From NCBI GenBank assembly GCA_023213395.1, contig CM041465.1, positions 58,845,741-58,909,740 of the forward strand: a stretch of 64,000 nucleotides of DNA, given 5' to 3'. This document shows, one piece after another, positions 39,782 through 52,262 of the stretch. The DNA comes from Cycas panzhihuaensis. Its lineage: Eukaryota > Plantae > Cycadophyta. The first letter of the stretch is position 1, and the number at the start of each line of letters is the position of its first letter. Both the position numbers and the translations under genes were made by a program. Under the pieces are notes generated by a model that saw only the letters and a list, made by a program, of their open reading frames with translations, was not told the DNA's origin and searched no databases.

Positions 39782-42603
39782 TGTTAAAACATGAGATTTA
39801 AATGTTGCCTTTAAAACTCTAATAAAAAATATGAATCAAAATTATGATACAAGTATAAAGTTTTAAAATAATAAAATAATAAATAAAAGATAAAATATGT
39901 ACAATGTAAAAACAACAAAGATATGGCAAAATGATCACCTTTTAAATTGTTGCATTAGGCATGAATACATACCTATAATACATTTGATCTCATACTTGAT
40001 CAATGATATGAAAGAACCCTTAAGTTTACCAATGGGACGATTACATGAATAAATATGCACCCATGCATACATTTTAATATTACAATAAAATAATATCTAT
40101 AAAAGTTAAGGGGAACACTTAACCAAATCCATGAACCAACATTAAACATTATGTTTTAACACCCTTTATAATGTTTAATGTCACATATGCACATTATGTA
40201 AAAAGATGATGGAACACATGAAGATTAGCTTCAAATAGTACTAGCTTTATCTGTAAGTTAGAAATAAAATCTACAAAAGTCCATATGAAAAAAAAATTAT
40301 CTACTAGAATGCATGAATAATCAGACGCTACAACTGTGAGTTGTATAGGAACCTCATTTAGATATATAATTCAATCAAATAGTTAATTTTATTTCAAGAA
40401 TAAATCTACTTAGTAAATGAGTTGAGTATCAAAGTAGTTGCATTCATGTTCGAGGCAACCAATTTGTGGTTCCTTCAAGAGTAGAAAAATATGCTTTTAT
40501 AAAGCATCGTTTGCTAAAAATTAATAATACAACTACAAGCAAGTAAATACTAGATATGATTTTATAGAAAATAGCTCTCATAAGTGTATAAGGGGTCATA
40601 AATAAGGAGGTCTTTAAACAATCATAAATAAGCAATTCTTGCTTAATTTTGAACTAAACGTATTTATTCTTACTTCTAAATGCAAAAATAATGTCACCAT
40701 GCTTTTATGAATGCTTAAAAACTACAAGGTATGTGAAATCAAATTTGAAAAATATCATGTAATGTACTTTTTATAAACTTTTAACTATTTGCATGAACTT
40801 TGATGATTAGAATACCAACCATCTGAATTTTGAAGTGTGCCTTGTGACCAATCGTTTCAATTGTCTCAAAACAACAAATCTAATACAATTGAGAGCACTA
40901 AATTTTGGCATTCTTATGAAGAGATGTGAAGGAAGAAGTACTAGTAGCCTATAAAAAATACACGATCCTTTGAAAATAAAAGATGGATCTAAAATATTAT
41001 CAATTTTAAAAAATAAAAAAACTTTTCAATTTCATTAATTCTATTTTAGAGTTTGACTTTTTGCTGCTTAGTCCCTCGGTTGTATGGATTATCCATATGA
41101 CCACCTGTCTATGGATAACGCTCTCCGTCGAACTTTAAAATTTATAAAAAATAATTAAATCTATAAAATCATATACAATTTTTTTAGGGTTTTGCAAAAT
41201 ATACTTTGCCTACAAATATATATATATATATATATATACTACAGAAATTCCTTCTGCACATTTGCGATGGTGGCAAGGGTGAATGTGGATGTCAAATTAT
41301 TGCAAAGTGTAATCGTCTATCATTTCATCTCGCGTTCAACAGTAACAAGCCTTTGTGTGCATGGTACCAAGTGTCACTTCATGGTATAATGTGGCAATTC
41401 TCTTCTGTAAGGTTATGTATTTCCTTAGAGGATTCAGGGAACTGTGCAAGTTGTATCAATTAAACATTTGTCATCTATGTTGTGTATCCCAGCTTGGGTT
41501 GCATATTTATGCACCTAAGGTTATCATTCCAATGAGCTATGTTGTTAGAGCATGCAACTAAGACATGGTTAACGAGCATTATGACTAGGTTCTTTAGCCA
41601 TGTAGGGTTTGTGTCGGTGACACTATTTATCCCACTAGTGCATCTCTATTCTTTGGATATCAGGTCACATGCAAGTATAGACAGACATCCAGGGATCGAT
41701 GCCATTCTGTATTGTATCTCTATGTTTAAGAGTTAGTGGGATCTCCATGGTAGAGGGGTGTCTGAGCAAGTGGGATGACTTCTTTATCTGTCTAGTCCAT
41801 ATTCACATGGATGGGAGAGTTATTATTCTCTATAAGGGATGAGGTTCTGATCCTCCATTTTTTTTTTTCTTCTTCGACGATTTCACTATGAGCACTTCAA
41901 GGGTTTTACATGGGTCTGCCATTACATGGGTGTTCTTCATCTTGTTTTATGGCTGCAGGTAGTTTGTGCAACATGTTCCAATAGTGGGCAGGCATCGTTG
42001 TGTATTAGGGCAGTAGCTTCGTTGGTTGTGTATCACTTCAAACATGATTAATTAATGATCTATGTGCTTGAATCTCTTCATTTGCAGGCTCCTGGATAGG
42101 CTTAAGATTTGATTTACAAGACCTTGACCTCATTGTAGTGGCTTAGATTCAACTCTACTCTGATACCATGTTAAAATATGTATCATAATTATTCCATAAT
42201 TGTTTTGATATCATGTTAAAACATGAGATTCAAAGATTGCCTTTGAAACCCTAATGAAAAATATAAATTAAAACTATAATACAAGTATAAGGTATTAAAA
42301 TGATAAAATAATAAATGAAATAAATGAGAGATAAAGTATATACATTACGAAAGACAACAAAAATATGAGAAAATAATCACCTTCCAAATTGTTGCATCAG
42401 GCATAAATACATACCTATGGTACATTTGACTTCATACTTGATCAATGAGATGAAAGAACACTTAGGTCCACTAATGGGATGATTGCATGAATATGTGTAC
42501 ACCCATGCACACATCTCAATATTACAATAAAATAATACCTATGAGAGTTAAGGGAAATACTTAATTAAATATATGAACTAATATTAAACATTATGTTTTA
42601 CCA
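39782..42603 (-). mobile_element. TRIM/LARD-like non-autonomous LTR element
   Basis: Direct repeats 39782-40161 and 42214-42603 (TGTTAAAAC...GTTTTA(A/C)CA); minus-strand PBS next to 42214; short PPT-like tract after 40161; ~2-kb interior with no recognisable coding domain; TSD not recognisable. Confidence 0.82.
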
Positions 42604-43514
42604 AATATTCTATAATAAGGATATGCCTTTTTATCAAGGCTAATATCAAATTTTATTAGACTCGGTAATAAATATAATTATTTGTTTCTAAACTTTTAAG
42701 TATTGAGACTATTTAGACCACTACAAATAGCATCAAAGTAATGTTTCTACAATTGTCTAATAATATTTTTCTTTTCATTATCTCTGTTTCTATTTAATGT
42801 TCATCATCTATTTCTTCATTTAATGTCTTGTCTTTTTATTCTGATTATGTTTCATGCTATACATAATAAGTTATTGTCAATGTTTGAATAATGTTTAATT
42901 ATGTAATGCTAAACTCATTTATTAAATGTGAAATTAGTGTCATTGGTTAATGTAGAGTTATAATGATTTTTATGAATAGTTGAATAACCATGAGGTGACA
43001 ATGTACTATAAGTATATATGCATATTTATCACAACAATTAGAGATGATCATTTCCCATAAGATCTTTTAATTTTTTGTACATAGTTCATTCTTTTATTTA
43101 TTTATTATTTATGTCTTTTCTTACCTCATGGATTTGCATTTCTAACATGGTATTAGAGTGGACACCCGAGTTCAAGTTGCCTCGAGTTTGGTTTGTCGGC
43201 GGGTATTGGAGTATTTTGATCCTCCCCAGGTGTATCTAACCTATCCTCTCATCTCCATAGGTGTACCAACTTGGAGTTGATCTTAGGCATATCAGTGAGT
43301 TATATCGAAACCAATTCCACCTAGGTCTTTTGATGCTACAACAACTCTTACATAATATCATAGCAAGTTATGACAAGAAGATCTACCTCCTTGTATCTCT
43401 TTTCTCTCTCTCCCTCATCCTTTGTCTCATGTTTCTCCTCCCTCAAAAATCAAAGAATTAAACATTGAAACCACCCATTTAATGTTTTTGACATTGTGAA
43501 GAATCTATGTTGCA

Positions 43515-43740
43515 ATGGATTGTTTTGTGCAAATTGCTAAAATAGAGTACATGAGCCTCATAGATGATCTAGTTAGGGCCTAGAAGATGGAGGCAAGGAA
43601 GAAATACCAGAGAATACAAACAATGAAGAAATATATTGGGTGTGTGCTCATGTTGGCCATCATTTTGGTAGTTCTCTTGTTGATAGTTTGGTTTCGTTGG
43701 AGGACAATAGCCTCATATGGCCTACTTTTTTATTGTTGAC
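43515..43740 (+). pseudogene. Possible DUF677/UPF0496-like gene fragment
   Basis: SLIDDLVRA*KMEARKKYQRIQTMKKYIGCVLMLAIILVVLLLIV: basic helix then hydrophobic segment; resemblance by eye only. Confidence 0.3.
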
Positions 43741-44292
43741 CAATGACACCAACAAAGAAAACCCTTCTAGCCATTTCCATGTTATAAGATGGCACTTGAA
43801 GTTATCAAGCCTAGTGTTTGTAACCCATTTAAAGAGAAACGTGAAGCAAGGGTATCTAAAAATGCCCAAATGAGGAAAGACGATAAAGGAATATTTGGTG
43901 AGGTGAGATAATTGATTCCTACTTCCACAGGAGAGTGTGAAGCATTATGTAAGAAACAATGAGAGGGATGCATAAGAATCACAACTCTGGTGGCATTTGA
44001 ACCAATTGTGGTAGTTTTAGAGCAAGGACGGGAGGAGCTTGCTTACTCTAGACCCTATATCTTTACTGGTAGGCAATTTTCAACCTACATACCTTGTTTT
44101 CAAAGGATTAGCAAATTTAGAGATTACAAAATTTCTATAGAAGGAAGGATTACACCCAATTTTGGCTTGTATGGATTCCTTCACTGTGGTTCAGTAAACC
44201 TTGGGTTTGAATAAGATAAACAATGTACAATATCATAGCTTACGGTTGGAATATTAAATAGTACAAATGACCTCGATAGACTTTACATTGGT

Positions 44293-45038
44293 CATGGGGT
44301 ACAATGTCTACTTATCTTTACCTTTCTCCACTGTCGAGCAACTAGTAGGAATGGCCTCCATGGACCCCTCCGGTCATCGTCACGAGGGACGGGACAAAAC
44401 TACGAAACGAGACTACTTTTTCATTATCAATCTGAATGGTTCAAATGGCCATACTATGGACATTGCAAGAGAGGCCATCAAGGGAGGAGCAATTGTCGTA
44501 ATTATAGTTGAAGATGATGGCACTCTTCATGAGGTTGTTAATGGCTTCTTTGATGCTGGAAAGCCTATTTCTACCTGTGAGGAAAGTGCCACACATACAA
44601 CATCTCTTGGACTTATTCTATTGGTAGCTAGCTCATATTTTGCAAGAACATTTGGCTAGAGGAATGATCCATATGAGGTAATTGAACGTATTGCCAAAGG
44701 CTAGAAGCAACAGATTGATGTTGGCCTTGTGGTTGGAAAGAATGATGAGTTGGACTATTTTCTAAATGTTGTCAATATGCATTTAAGTGCAAAGGTTTGA
44801 TACTATGCTTCCAAGTATAAGAGATTTGGAATTCTATGCTATGTAATTGGTGCCTTTCAAGGATTCATAGGTCACAATAACTAGCATATGAACATTAAGA
44901 TAGACAACAAAGAGTGGAAATCATTTCCTAAAGTTATAGCTCTCTTGTATAAGAAATACCAAGTTCTTTGATGGTGGGATAAAGATTACTCCAACAATAG
45001 ATCCTTCTAATGGGAAGTTTGAGGTTATGGTGCTGCAG
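44293..45038 (+). pseudogene. LCBK2: Processed (intronless) fragment of sphingoid long-chain base kinase 2 (DAGK-catalytic family)
   Basis: RDYFFIINLNGSNG..DIAREAIKGG..DGTLHEVVNGFF..LGLI..FARTFG*RNDPYE..IDVG..YFLNV..HLSAK..ASKYKRFG.LCYVIGA..GGIKITP..GKFEVMVLQ; stops, one frameshift, one internal deletion. Confidence 0.88.
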
Positions 45039-45067
45039 GTGAGCGATTGCTCTTTGAGAAAGAAAGA

Positions 45068-45517
45068 ATGACCATCACGGGCTTGAACGTGGGTGCAAAC
45101 CTGAAACATAATGAAGATACTACAGATATAAGCAACTTTAGTGCTATGCTTGCATAGGTTCCTCGCATTGATGAATGGTGCATTAGAGGTTCAACACTAG
45201 GACAAGGTACTTATGGAGTTGTGTATAAGGCCATTGATATATGACAAATCAAACCATGATAGTTAAGAAAATCTTCTGCGGGTAGTCAAAGAAGGTGTTA
45301 ATGTCACTACCTTGAGAGAAATCAAACTATTGAAGGAGCTCAATGACTCAACTATAATTGAATTAATAGATGATTATCATCACAAAAAGAACTTGTATAT
45401 TGTCTTTGAGTACATGGAGAGTGATCTTGAAACTATCATAAAAGATCATAACATAGTTCTCTCTCTTATTGACATAAGATCTTATATGCAAATGACTTTG
45501 AAAGGGCTTGCATTCTG
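45068..45517 (+). pseudogene. CDKD: Fragment of cyclin-dependent kinase D (CDK7-like CAK), N-terminal part
   Basis: [76 protein letters not shown]; truncated and frameshifted. Confidence 0.88.
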
Positions 45518-45894
45518 GTTGTTTATGACTTTTGTCATCTAAGCCCCATACCATTCCTTATAAGGTGATGGAATAGTACGGATTGATAACCATCAAAATG
45601 GTTCCTGCTATATGAGGTGTTGGAGATTGAGTAGTGTGTTAATGTTGAAAGATAACATGAATGGAGATTATAATACCAGTGATGCCCTTGATTGGCCTTG
45701 TTGCCAATACATTCAATTCACTGGCAGTTAGAGGAATTTCTTACTCAAGGGAAAATAAGAGGTAGTTTGTTAGTGTTGAGGAGACCAGACTACTTGTAGT
45801 AAACCCTGTGGTACCTAGAGGCCCTACTCACAATAAAATATTGTTGGGGACATACTAGTGCATGTAAATGGCAAGGTTGTAACACAATTCTCTA

Positions 45895-48800
45895 TGTTAG
45901 AGAATTGAGTTTTAAAAAAAAATATTTTATGAGAGAGAGTTATTTAATTTTATGAGTCACATCTTATGATTAATTTATCAATTACTAGTACTTGTAAGCC
46001 AAATAAAGGGTTATACGATTGTTTTGAGTGGGATAATAAGTATGTGGCATATTTAAGGGCCATTTATGGAGGTTTCAAGGATCATAGAAAATCTTGGAGA
46101 GCTTAGAGTTTGAGACTCCAAGTGATAATGATGAAATGATTAGAAAGACCAAATGATGATAATAAAAATCTTGAAGAGACTAGTGTTGGAGACTTCAAGC
46201 AACATGCCTGCTAGTAAACTTGAAGAGAGGCTTAGGAAGAGAAGCTGCTATTAAATCTCATTTGTCAAGAGGTGGGATCCACGTGCTACTCTTGTACTTA
46301 ACTCATTTGGTTAGCTTGGTAGTTCAACATATTCTCAGGATGGTATTAACAGATGCGAATAAAATCATATATCTAAAGCATGTTCTTATAGAACTAGCAA
46401 ATGCAGTGGCTAGTTATCTGATGGAAGAATTAATGTTGAATTCATTAATTCTTGATTAATTCATTATAATGTATATTTATAATGTATTGTAAAGTTATTT
46501 TGTTATTTTATGTTGAGGGTATTGTACTCATGAGAGGGTTAAGTGATGACTTAAGTTGTGAGCCTAAGTGTGTAGGGTATATAATGTTCATAACATTATA
46601 ATAATACAGATATGGTTTAATCATGCAAGGTGCCAATCGTCACCTTGCATGATAAACCATTTATTATTCTTTCATGCCTCATGTAATTATTATCTTTTCT
46701 ATATACAAGGCTTTACATGTAATGTAACATGATTTTTTGGTGATTAATCATTAGAGTTTTGAGTAATTCACTCTCCATCTTTTATTGTTGTATATTATTT
46801 GGCATATGTGGGACTAGAACCCAGGTCTAAACTGGGCATGTCCACAGCTTCCTTTACTTGGTATCAAAACAAAGTTGTACCAAGCTACACTAGCAGTATA
46901 GCAGATAAATGTTAGGTCGCAATAGGATCATGCCAAGTAATATTAGGTAACATCAAGGTTGTAGTTGGTTATACTTGGTTCTGTTGATTTCTGTTAAAAG
47001 GTCGCACAAATTACGAGTTCAACAAATGGAGGTTGCTTTGTCTTGCCTCACACCAATGGAAGTCATTTTGTTTTGTATCATGCCAATCTTTTATTAGTTT
47101 TATTTTACACCATGGCTCCTTTAATCTTTTGTTGATTCCTCATACTCAACTTGTTTCCATAGTTTATTGCATTTGGCTTCCTCTTTTTCACTCGACGGAT
47201 CTGGCTCATTCTAGTCGATGGACATGATGCTCTTCCTATTGATTTCATGATTCAATTTTTTGTTTATATGTCAATATTTATATAAATATTTACATAATTT
47301 TAATGCATACGAATCTTGATTACCTCGTAGACAGAGAACCAGTCATTTTAAGCAATAAACAAGCAAACAATCTTTTGTGAAAGCTACTCTTACATAGGTT
47401 TTATAATGTTGGGTCTTACCAGATTTTAAACAATTGTGACCACAACCATTACTAATTACTCGCAGATAAGATTTCTTGCAAATTTTGTTCTGCACTCTAA
47501 GTTTTGTTGGACCTATAGTCATTCACCTACAACCTCCATTACAAATTATGACTTGTGTCATGTTCAACAAATTAGCATCACAGCCTATATCATGACCATT
47601 AGATTTACATTTCAATCTACATTACAGGAAGGAAAATTCAAAGAGATTAATTGACTAATTTTTAGAGGAGATTTTGGGCAAGTTTAAAGATTTTATTCCA
47701 TTGCTGGTCTTTATACAATGGACCAAATTACTGTATATGACCACTTGTTTTAATCCTAGCTATATCCTCTTCTCATTGAAAGTGGCAGATCAAGATTCCA
47801 TTACTCTAGCAGAGAGATCTAGCCCTTTATATCCACACTTATTTGGCCATTTTTTTAAAGCCTGCATTTTATTTTTACTTTTTTATAAAGTTTATAGGTT
47901 ATATTCATTATAATATTTTTAGAATATTCTCTTTTCGATAAAGTACTCTAGCCTAAAGTTAGTTATTTTATCTCTTTTTAATCATTTTTTTAGTTTTTTC
48001 AATCTAATTTTAGTCAGTTTTAGGCAGCTTTTAAAGAATTTTTTAAATATTTCTTGAAAATATAAAATTTTAACATTTTAATCATAAAAAATCTTTTAAA
48101 AAATTTAAACTTTAAAAAGATAACGCCCAAATTAAATAAATCGATTATTAGCCTTACAAGTGGAACAATTAAGACCCCTAAAGTTACCACTCTACACATG
48201 CTAGTGAGCTTTCTCGAATTCTATAGATAATAGAGAAAGACAATAGCTATAATGTGTATTAAGTGGTAGGCTGAGGTGTTATTCCAAAAAACCTTAGAGT
48301 TTAGATAATAGGCTAAACTTTGAGAGGGTGAATGTCTTGGTTGTTAAGTGTGTCCTTAGATGAGGATTAGTCATTTAGACCATAAATCCAGTGTAGGTGA
48401 ATCAACGGTGTTAGGGGGATGGCTAAGCCTTCTATATCGACTATGTACCTTAAAGTATATTAAGTCCTTGGGCTACCACTTATGAGCAGGTATGCCATTA
48501 GATAGGACCGACTCAACTACTAGGGGTTATTAGGAAAGGAAACACTAAGACATAGATATCATATTAGCATGTCTTTTTAAATAGGCATAATACATACCTC
48601 AGACATAATGGAACTTCAAATGGTTGTAACCAATACAATTAAACTTTCTAGCAATGATAATTTCTTGGCTTGCAAGAAACGAGTCAAGAACATACTAATA
48701 ATAAATAAACTTTGGCCTTATATTTCTAGTAAAATTCCTATGCCAATTATTATCCAAGACCTTAGTGATCTTCAAATTGTCATTCTTCCCAATCCTGATG

Positions 48801-51637
48801 ATGTAGCTACCTTTAAAGAATCTGATGAAGTTTACTCTTTCTTTTTTACATTTGTCCTATGAAGATAATATCAATCAGAACATTGAATAAGCCTCGACCT
48901 CTATTGATACTTAGAATATCATTTATGTACTTTATGAGAGGAAAGACAATGCCAGGGTTGTTATGCTTATATCCTAGCTCTACTCTACTCCATCTGTAGG
49001 ATCTGTAGTAGGTCACTTAACTCGAATCAAACTGATCAAGAATAAATTAGTAGTTTTAAGTCAACCACCAAATGATAGTGATCTCATTTCCTATATAGTG
49101 ATTGTTTTACCGCCTAGATATAATTTGCTTATATCTAATTAGTCTTATATAGATTGGCTTGCCACTATTGTCTTTAACACATTTAAGGGTCTACTACTTC
49201 AAGAGGGATGTATTCTAAACATGTTAGGTAATCTAAGTGCCTCTTCTTCTACACCAACATTTGCAACTTGTTATAAAGGAAGAGAACAGTGTCCACATTT
49301 GACCCAATAATTTGGTTTAATGAATTTGAACCGACAACCATACTAATAACATCAACCATGACCAGCATATACTACTCAAATTATTTGTTACTATTGTGGT
49401 AAACTTGGACATATTACACCTGACTGCAAAAAAAAGAAAATTAACCTTCAATAATAATAGTTTTAGAACTGCCCTACCATGCAGGGTAATCAAAATCATC
49501 GATATGGTAATTACCAGGGACCACAATGGCAAAATCATCCTAACTATCAAGGACCAATGAGATAAAATCAAAATGATCCCTAAGGTAATTATTAAAATAA
49601 GAATCACAATTGAAGGTAAAATTAGAACCAAGGTGGCTATATGGTTGACTCACAAAATCTCTTCTTTGTTGCATTAACAACTCAATATTTTGATATATCT
49701 TAGTTGACTAATTAGGTGTCTCTGAATATATGATGGGTTTTGAACAATTTCTTACATATATAAGACCAGTGCATGACCAATTAGCTCTTTTTAAAGATGA
49801 TGTTATTTTGGAAGTTTCCAAGATTGGTAATATCCCTATTTCATTAAAGAATTATGACATTCATCATCATCTCAACAATATTTATTATATACCTATCATG
49901 ACACGTGACTTGTTATTTGTTAGCTAGATAAATAAATAAAAATTTGATATATTATTTAGTCACCTTGGAAAATGCTTGATTTCAAATCTAAATGGCAACC
50001 TAATTGTCTCAGGATATGAAGATCAAGGATTATATAAGGTTGATGCAGTAATTAGACTTTTGATCCTACCACTTGAATCTAGTTCTTGTAGTAATTCATC
50101 TTTAACTTTCGATACTTTAACTTTAGATATAGATGAGCAACTTGTTTTAAAAGCATTTATTTCATAAAGACTTCCAAAAGACTGGTTATAACATCAATGC
50201 CTAGTTCATTTGAATATGAATATCTTTTATCTGCTTAATAAATTAAATATGGTGTATGGTATACCTAATATAAAGTAAACAAGATGTATTTATAAGGCTT
50301 GTATTATAGATAAATATCATCAGGCTCTATTTAGGTTAAATAGAAGAGCCTAGCATGGCAAAGAACCTTTAGGCCTACTACATTCAGATATTTTTGGACC
50401 ATGTCAGAAGAATCTTTTGGAGGCTGCCAATATTTTATTATATTCATTAATGATTATTCTAAAAAAGTTTGGATCTGTTTTTTGAGGCAGACGTGATAAG
50501 CATTTGATAAATTCAAAAAATTTAAGCTTGACGCTAAAATAGAATCTAAAAAACCAATCAAAATCCTTCATTGTTATAATAGAGGTGAATATACATCAAA
50601 TGAATCTATCCAATTCTACAATGATATTGGCATCAAATAATAATTTTTTACCCCTTACACACTTAAGCAAAATGGAGTTGTTGAGAGGATAAATTGGACC
50701 TTGGTTACTACAGGAAAAGCCATGCTTACTACTAAAAATTTATGACTTTAATTCTGGGTTGAAACCCTTTATACAACCACTTATCTTACAAATCAAAGTT
50801 CAACCAAGCCAGTACTGAATATTACTCCTAAGGAAGCCTGATTAGGTCGAAAGCCCGTAGTCTCACATTTACGTACTTTTAATTATACAACATACATGCT
50901 CATACTGAAAAATAAAGGGAAAAGTTAGATGATAAAAGTAAGAAATGTATCTTCATTAGTTATCAACCTAGCTACAAAGCATATAAATTATATGATCCTA
51001 ACATTAAGCAAATATATATATCTCTAAATGTTATTTTTTCAGAAAAGAACTAGGATTTAGATATCGCTCAAATCTCATTTTTTTATGATCAATCTGAAAA
51101 AGCACTAGTTTTTGCTCTTGCTCTTTAAAATATTCTTACAAAATAATTACCTCCTTCATCATCATATACTCCTAGTATGTCATATGTACCACCTACCTCT
51201 ACATCAATAATTGTTTTAATCAGTCCTACAAAAGATATCCAAGATGGAGCTACTTTAAAGTGACTTCCCAAATGGTATTTATAGACAATCCCTTCTGCTC
51301 CTTCACCACCATAATAGATAAAAAGGTAATTTAAGTACAAGTCCTTGACCAACTTCATCCTAATGATAGAAGTCCTATCAGTTCTTGAGCCAACCACTTT
51401 TGAAGAAGTTGTTATAGATCAAAGATATCAAGCAACTATGAATGAAGAGATAGACTCTATCTTACAATATGACACATGGGAGCTAGTTGAGTTACCCGAA
51501 GGAAAGAAATATATTGATTGCAGATGGATATGCAAAATTAAATTCCATGTAAATGACTCCATTTAACAATGTAAAGTATGTTTGGTTGCTAAAAGTTTCA
51601 AACAGATTAAATGTGTTGATTATGAAGACACATTTAC
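45895..51637 (+). mobile_element. Copia-3: 5' LTR, long leader and gag-pol, interrupted in RT by Gypsy-3
   Basis: LTR ~45895-46856; PBS tggtatcaaaac 46859-46870; coding remnants downstream. Confidence 0.82.
48608..51637 (+). pseudogene. Copia-3 gag-pol remnant
   Basis: Zinc knuckle ICYYCGKLGHITPDC (~49383); LLHSDIFGP; QNGVVER; EPTTFEE..TWELVELPEGKK..CRWI; LVAKSFKQ..DYEDTF. Confidence 0.88.
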
Positions 51638-51885
51638 TATAACGTGACCCTACTTTTCCTAAGCACTAGTAAGCGAGAATCAGCAAAAGGTTAAGGATTG
51701 ATGTTAGTTATTAAGATTTGTGTATGGACTGCCAAGCTGTCTAATAAGATGTAAGGTTACTAGGGCCAATAATAATATCATAAGGAAGAAGACCCTCACA
51801 TGCCTATTTAAAGGGTCAAACTTTATTTGTAATGGTTGTTGAGTATTCTTATCTTTAAAGAGAAAGTATTTTGGTACTCCCTTTG

Positions 51886-52262
51886 TGTTAAAAATATGAA
51901 GATGCAATAATATAAACTCATGAGTATAAAACATCAAACACATAAAGTAAACATCATCAAACATAATCATCACCATAAGACACCAAGATTTATGTGTGGA
52001 AAATCCAATGTGGGAAAAACCATGGGAGAAGGTAGAGTTAGGACTCCACTTATGATCATAAGAATTACATCTTTCTCCTCTCTCATTTCTTAAGTTCTCA
52101 AATGGTGAGTGTATAAATATATAGTGATAATCACCTCATGAGCAGCCTATCACATACAATGAGCCATTACATCATCCAATGGTGGGATATTATGGATATG
52201 TGTGCATCTCACATATCTCAAAGTAGGTGAATAATGGGAAGTGTATATGTTATGTTTTAACA
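51886..52262. mobile_element. 377-bp solo LTR inserted in the Gypsy-3 LTR
   Basis: TGTTAAAA...TTTTAACA terminal inverted repeat; TSD CTTTG/CTTTC. Confidence 0.8.

Larger units (their letters stand above)
39532..45894 (+). mobile_element. Non-autonomous LTR element carrying host gene fragments (5' LTR split by a TRIM-like insertion; 3' end not seen)
   Basis: LTR ends ...TCTAACA at 43147, followed by PBS tggtattagagt 43148-43159; putative start TGTTAAG at 39532; internal region has gene fragments but no gag or pol. Confidence 0.6.

Noticed and set aside
41192-41736. Overlapping short ORFs inside the TRIM-like element as possible captured genes
   Set aside because: No protein family recognised in the frames examined; needs BLASTX
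39782-42603. Retrozyme (hammerhead-bearing non-autonomous LTR element)
   Set aside because: No CTGATGA...GAAA hammerhead core was seen in the LTRs by eye
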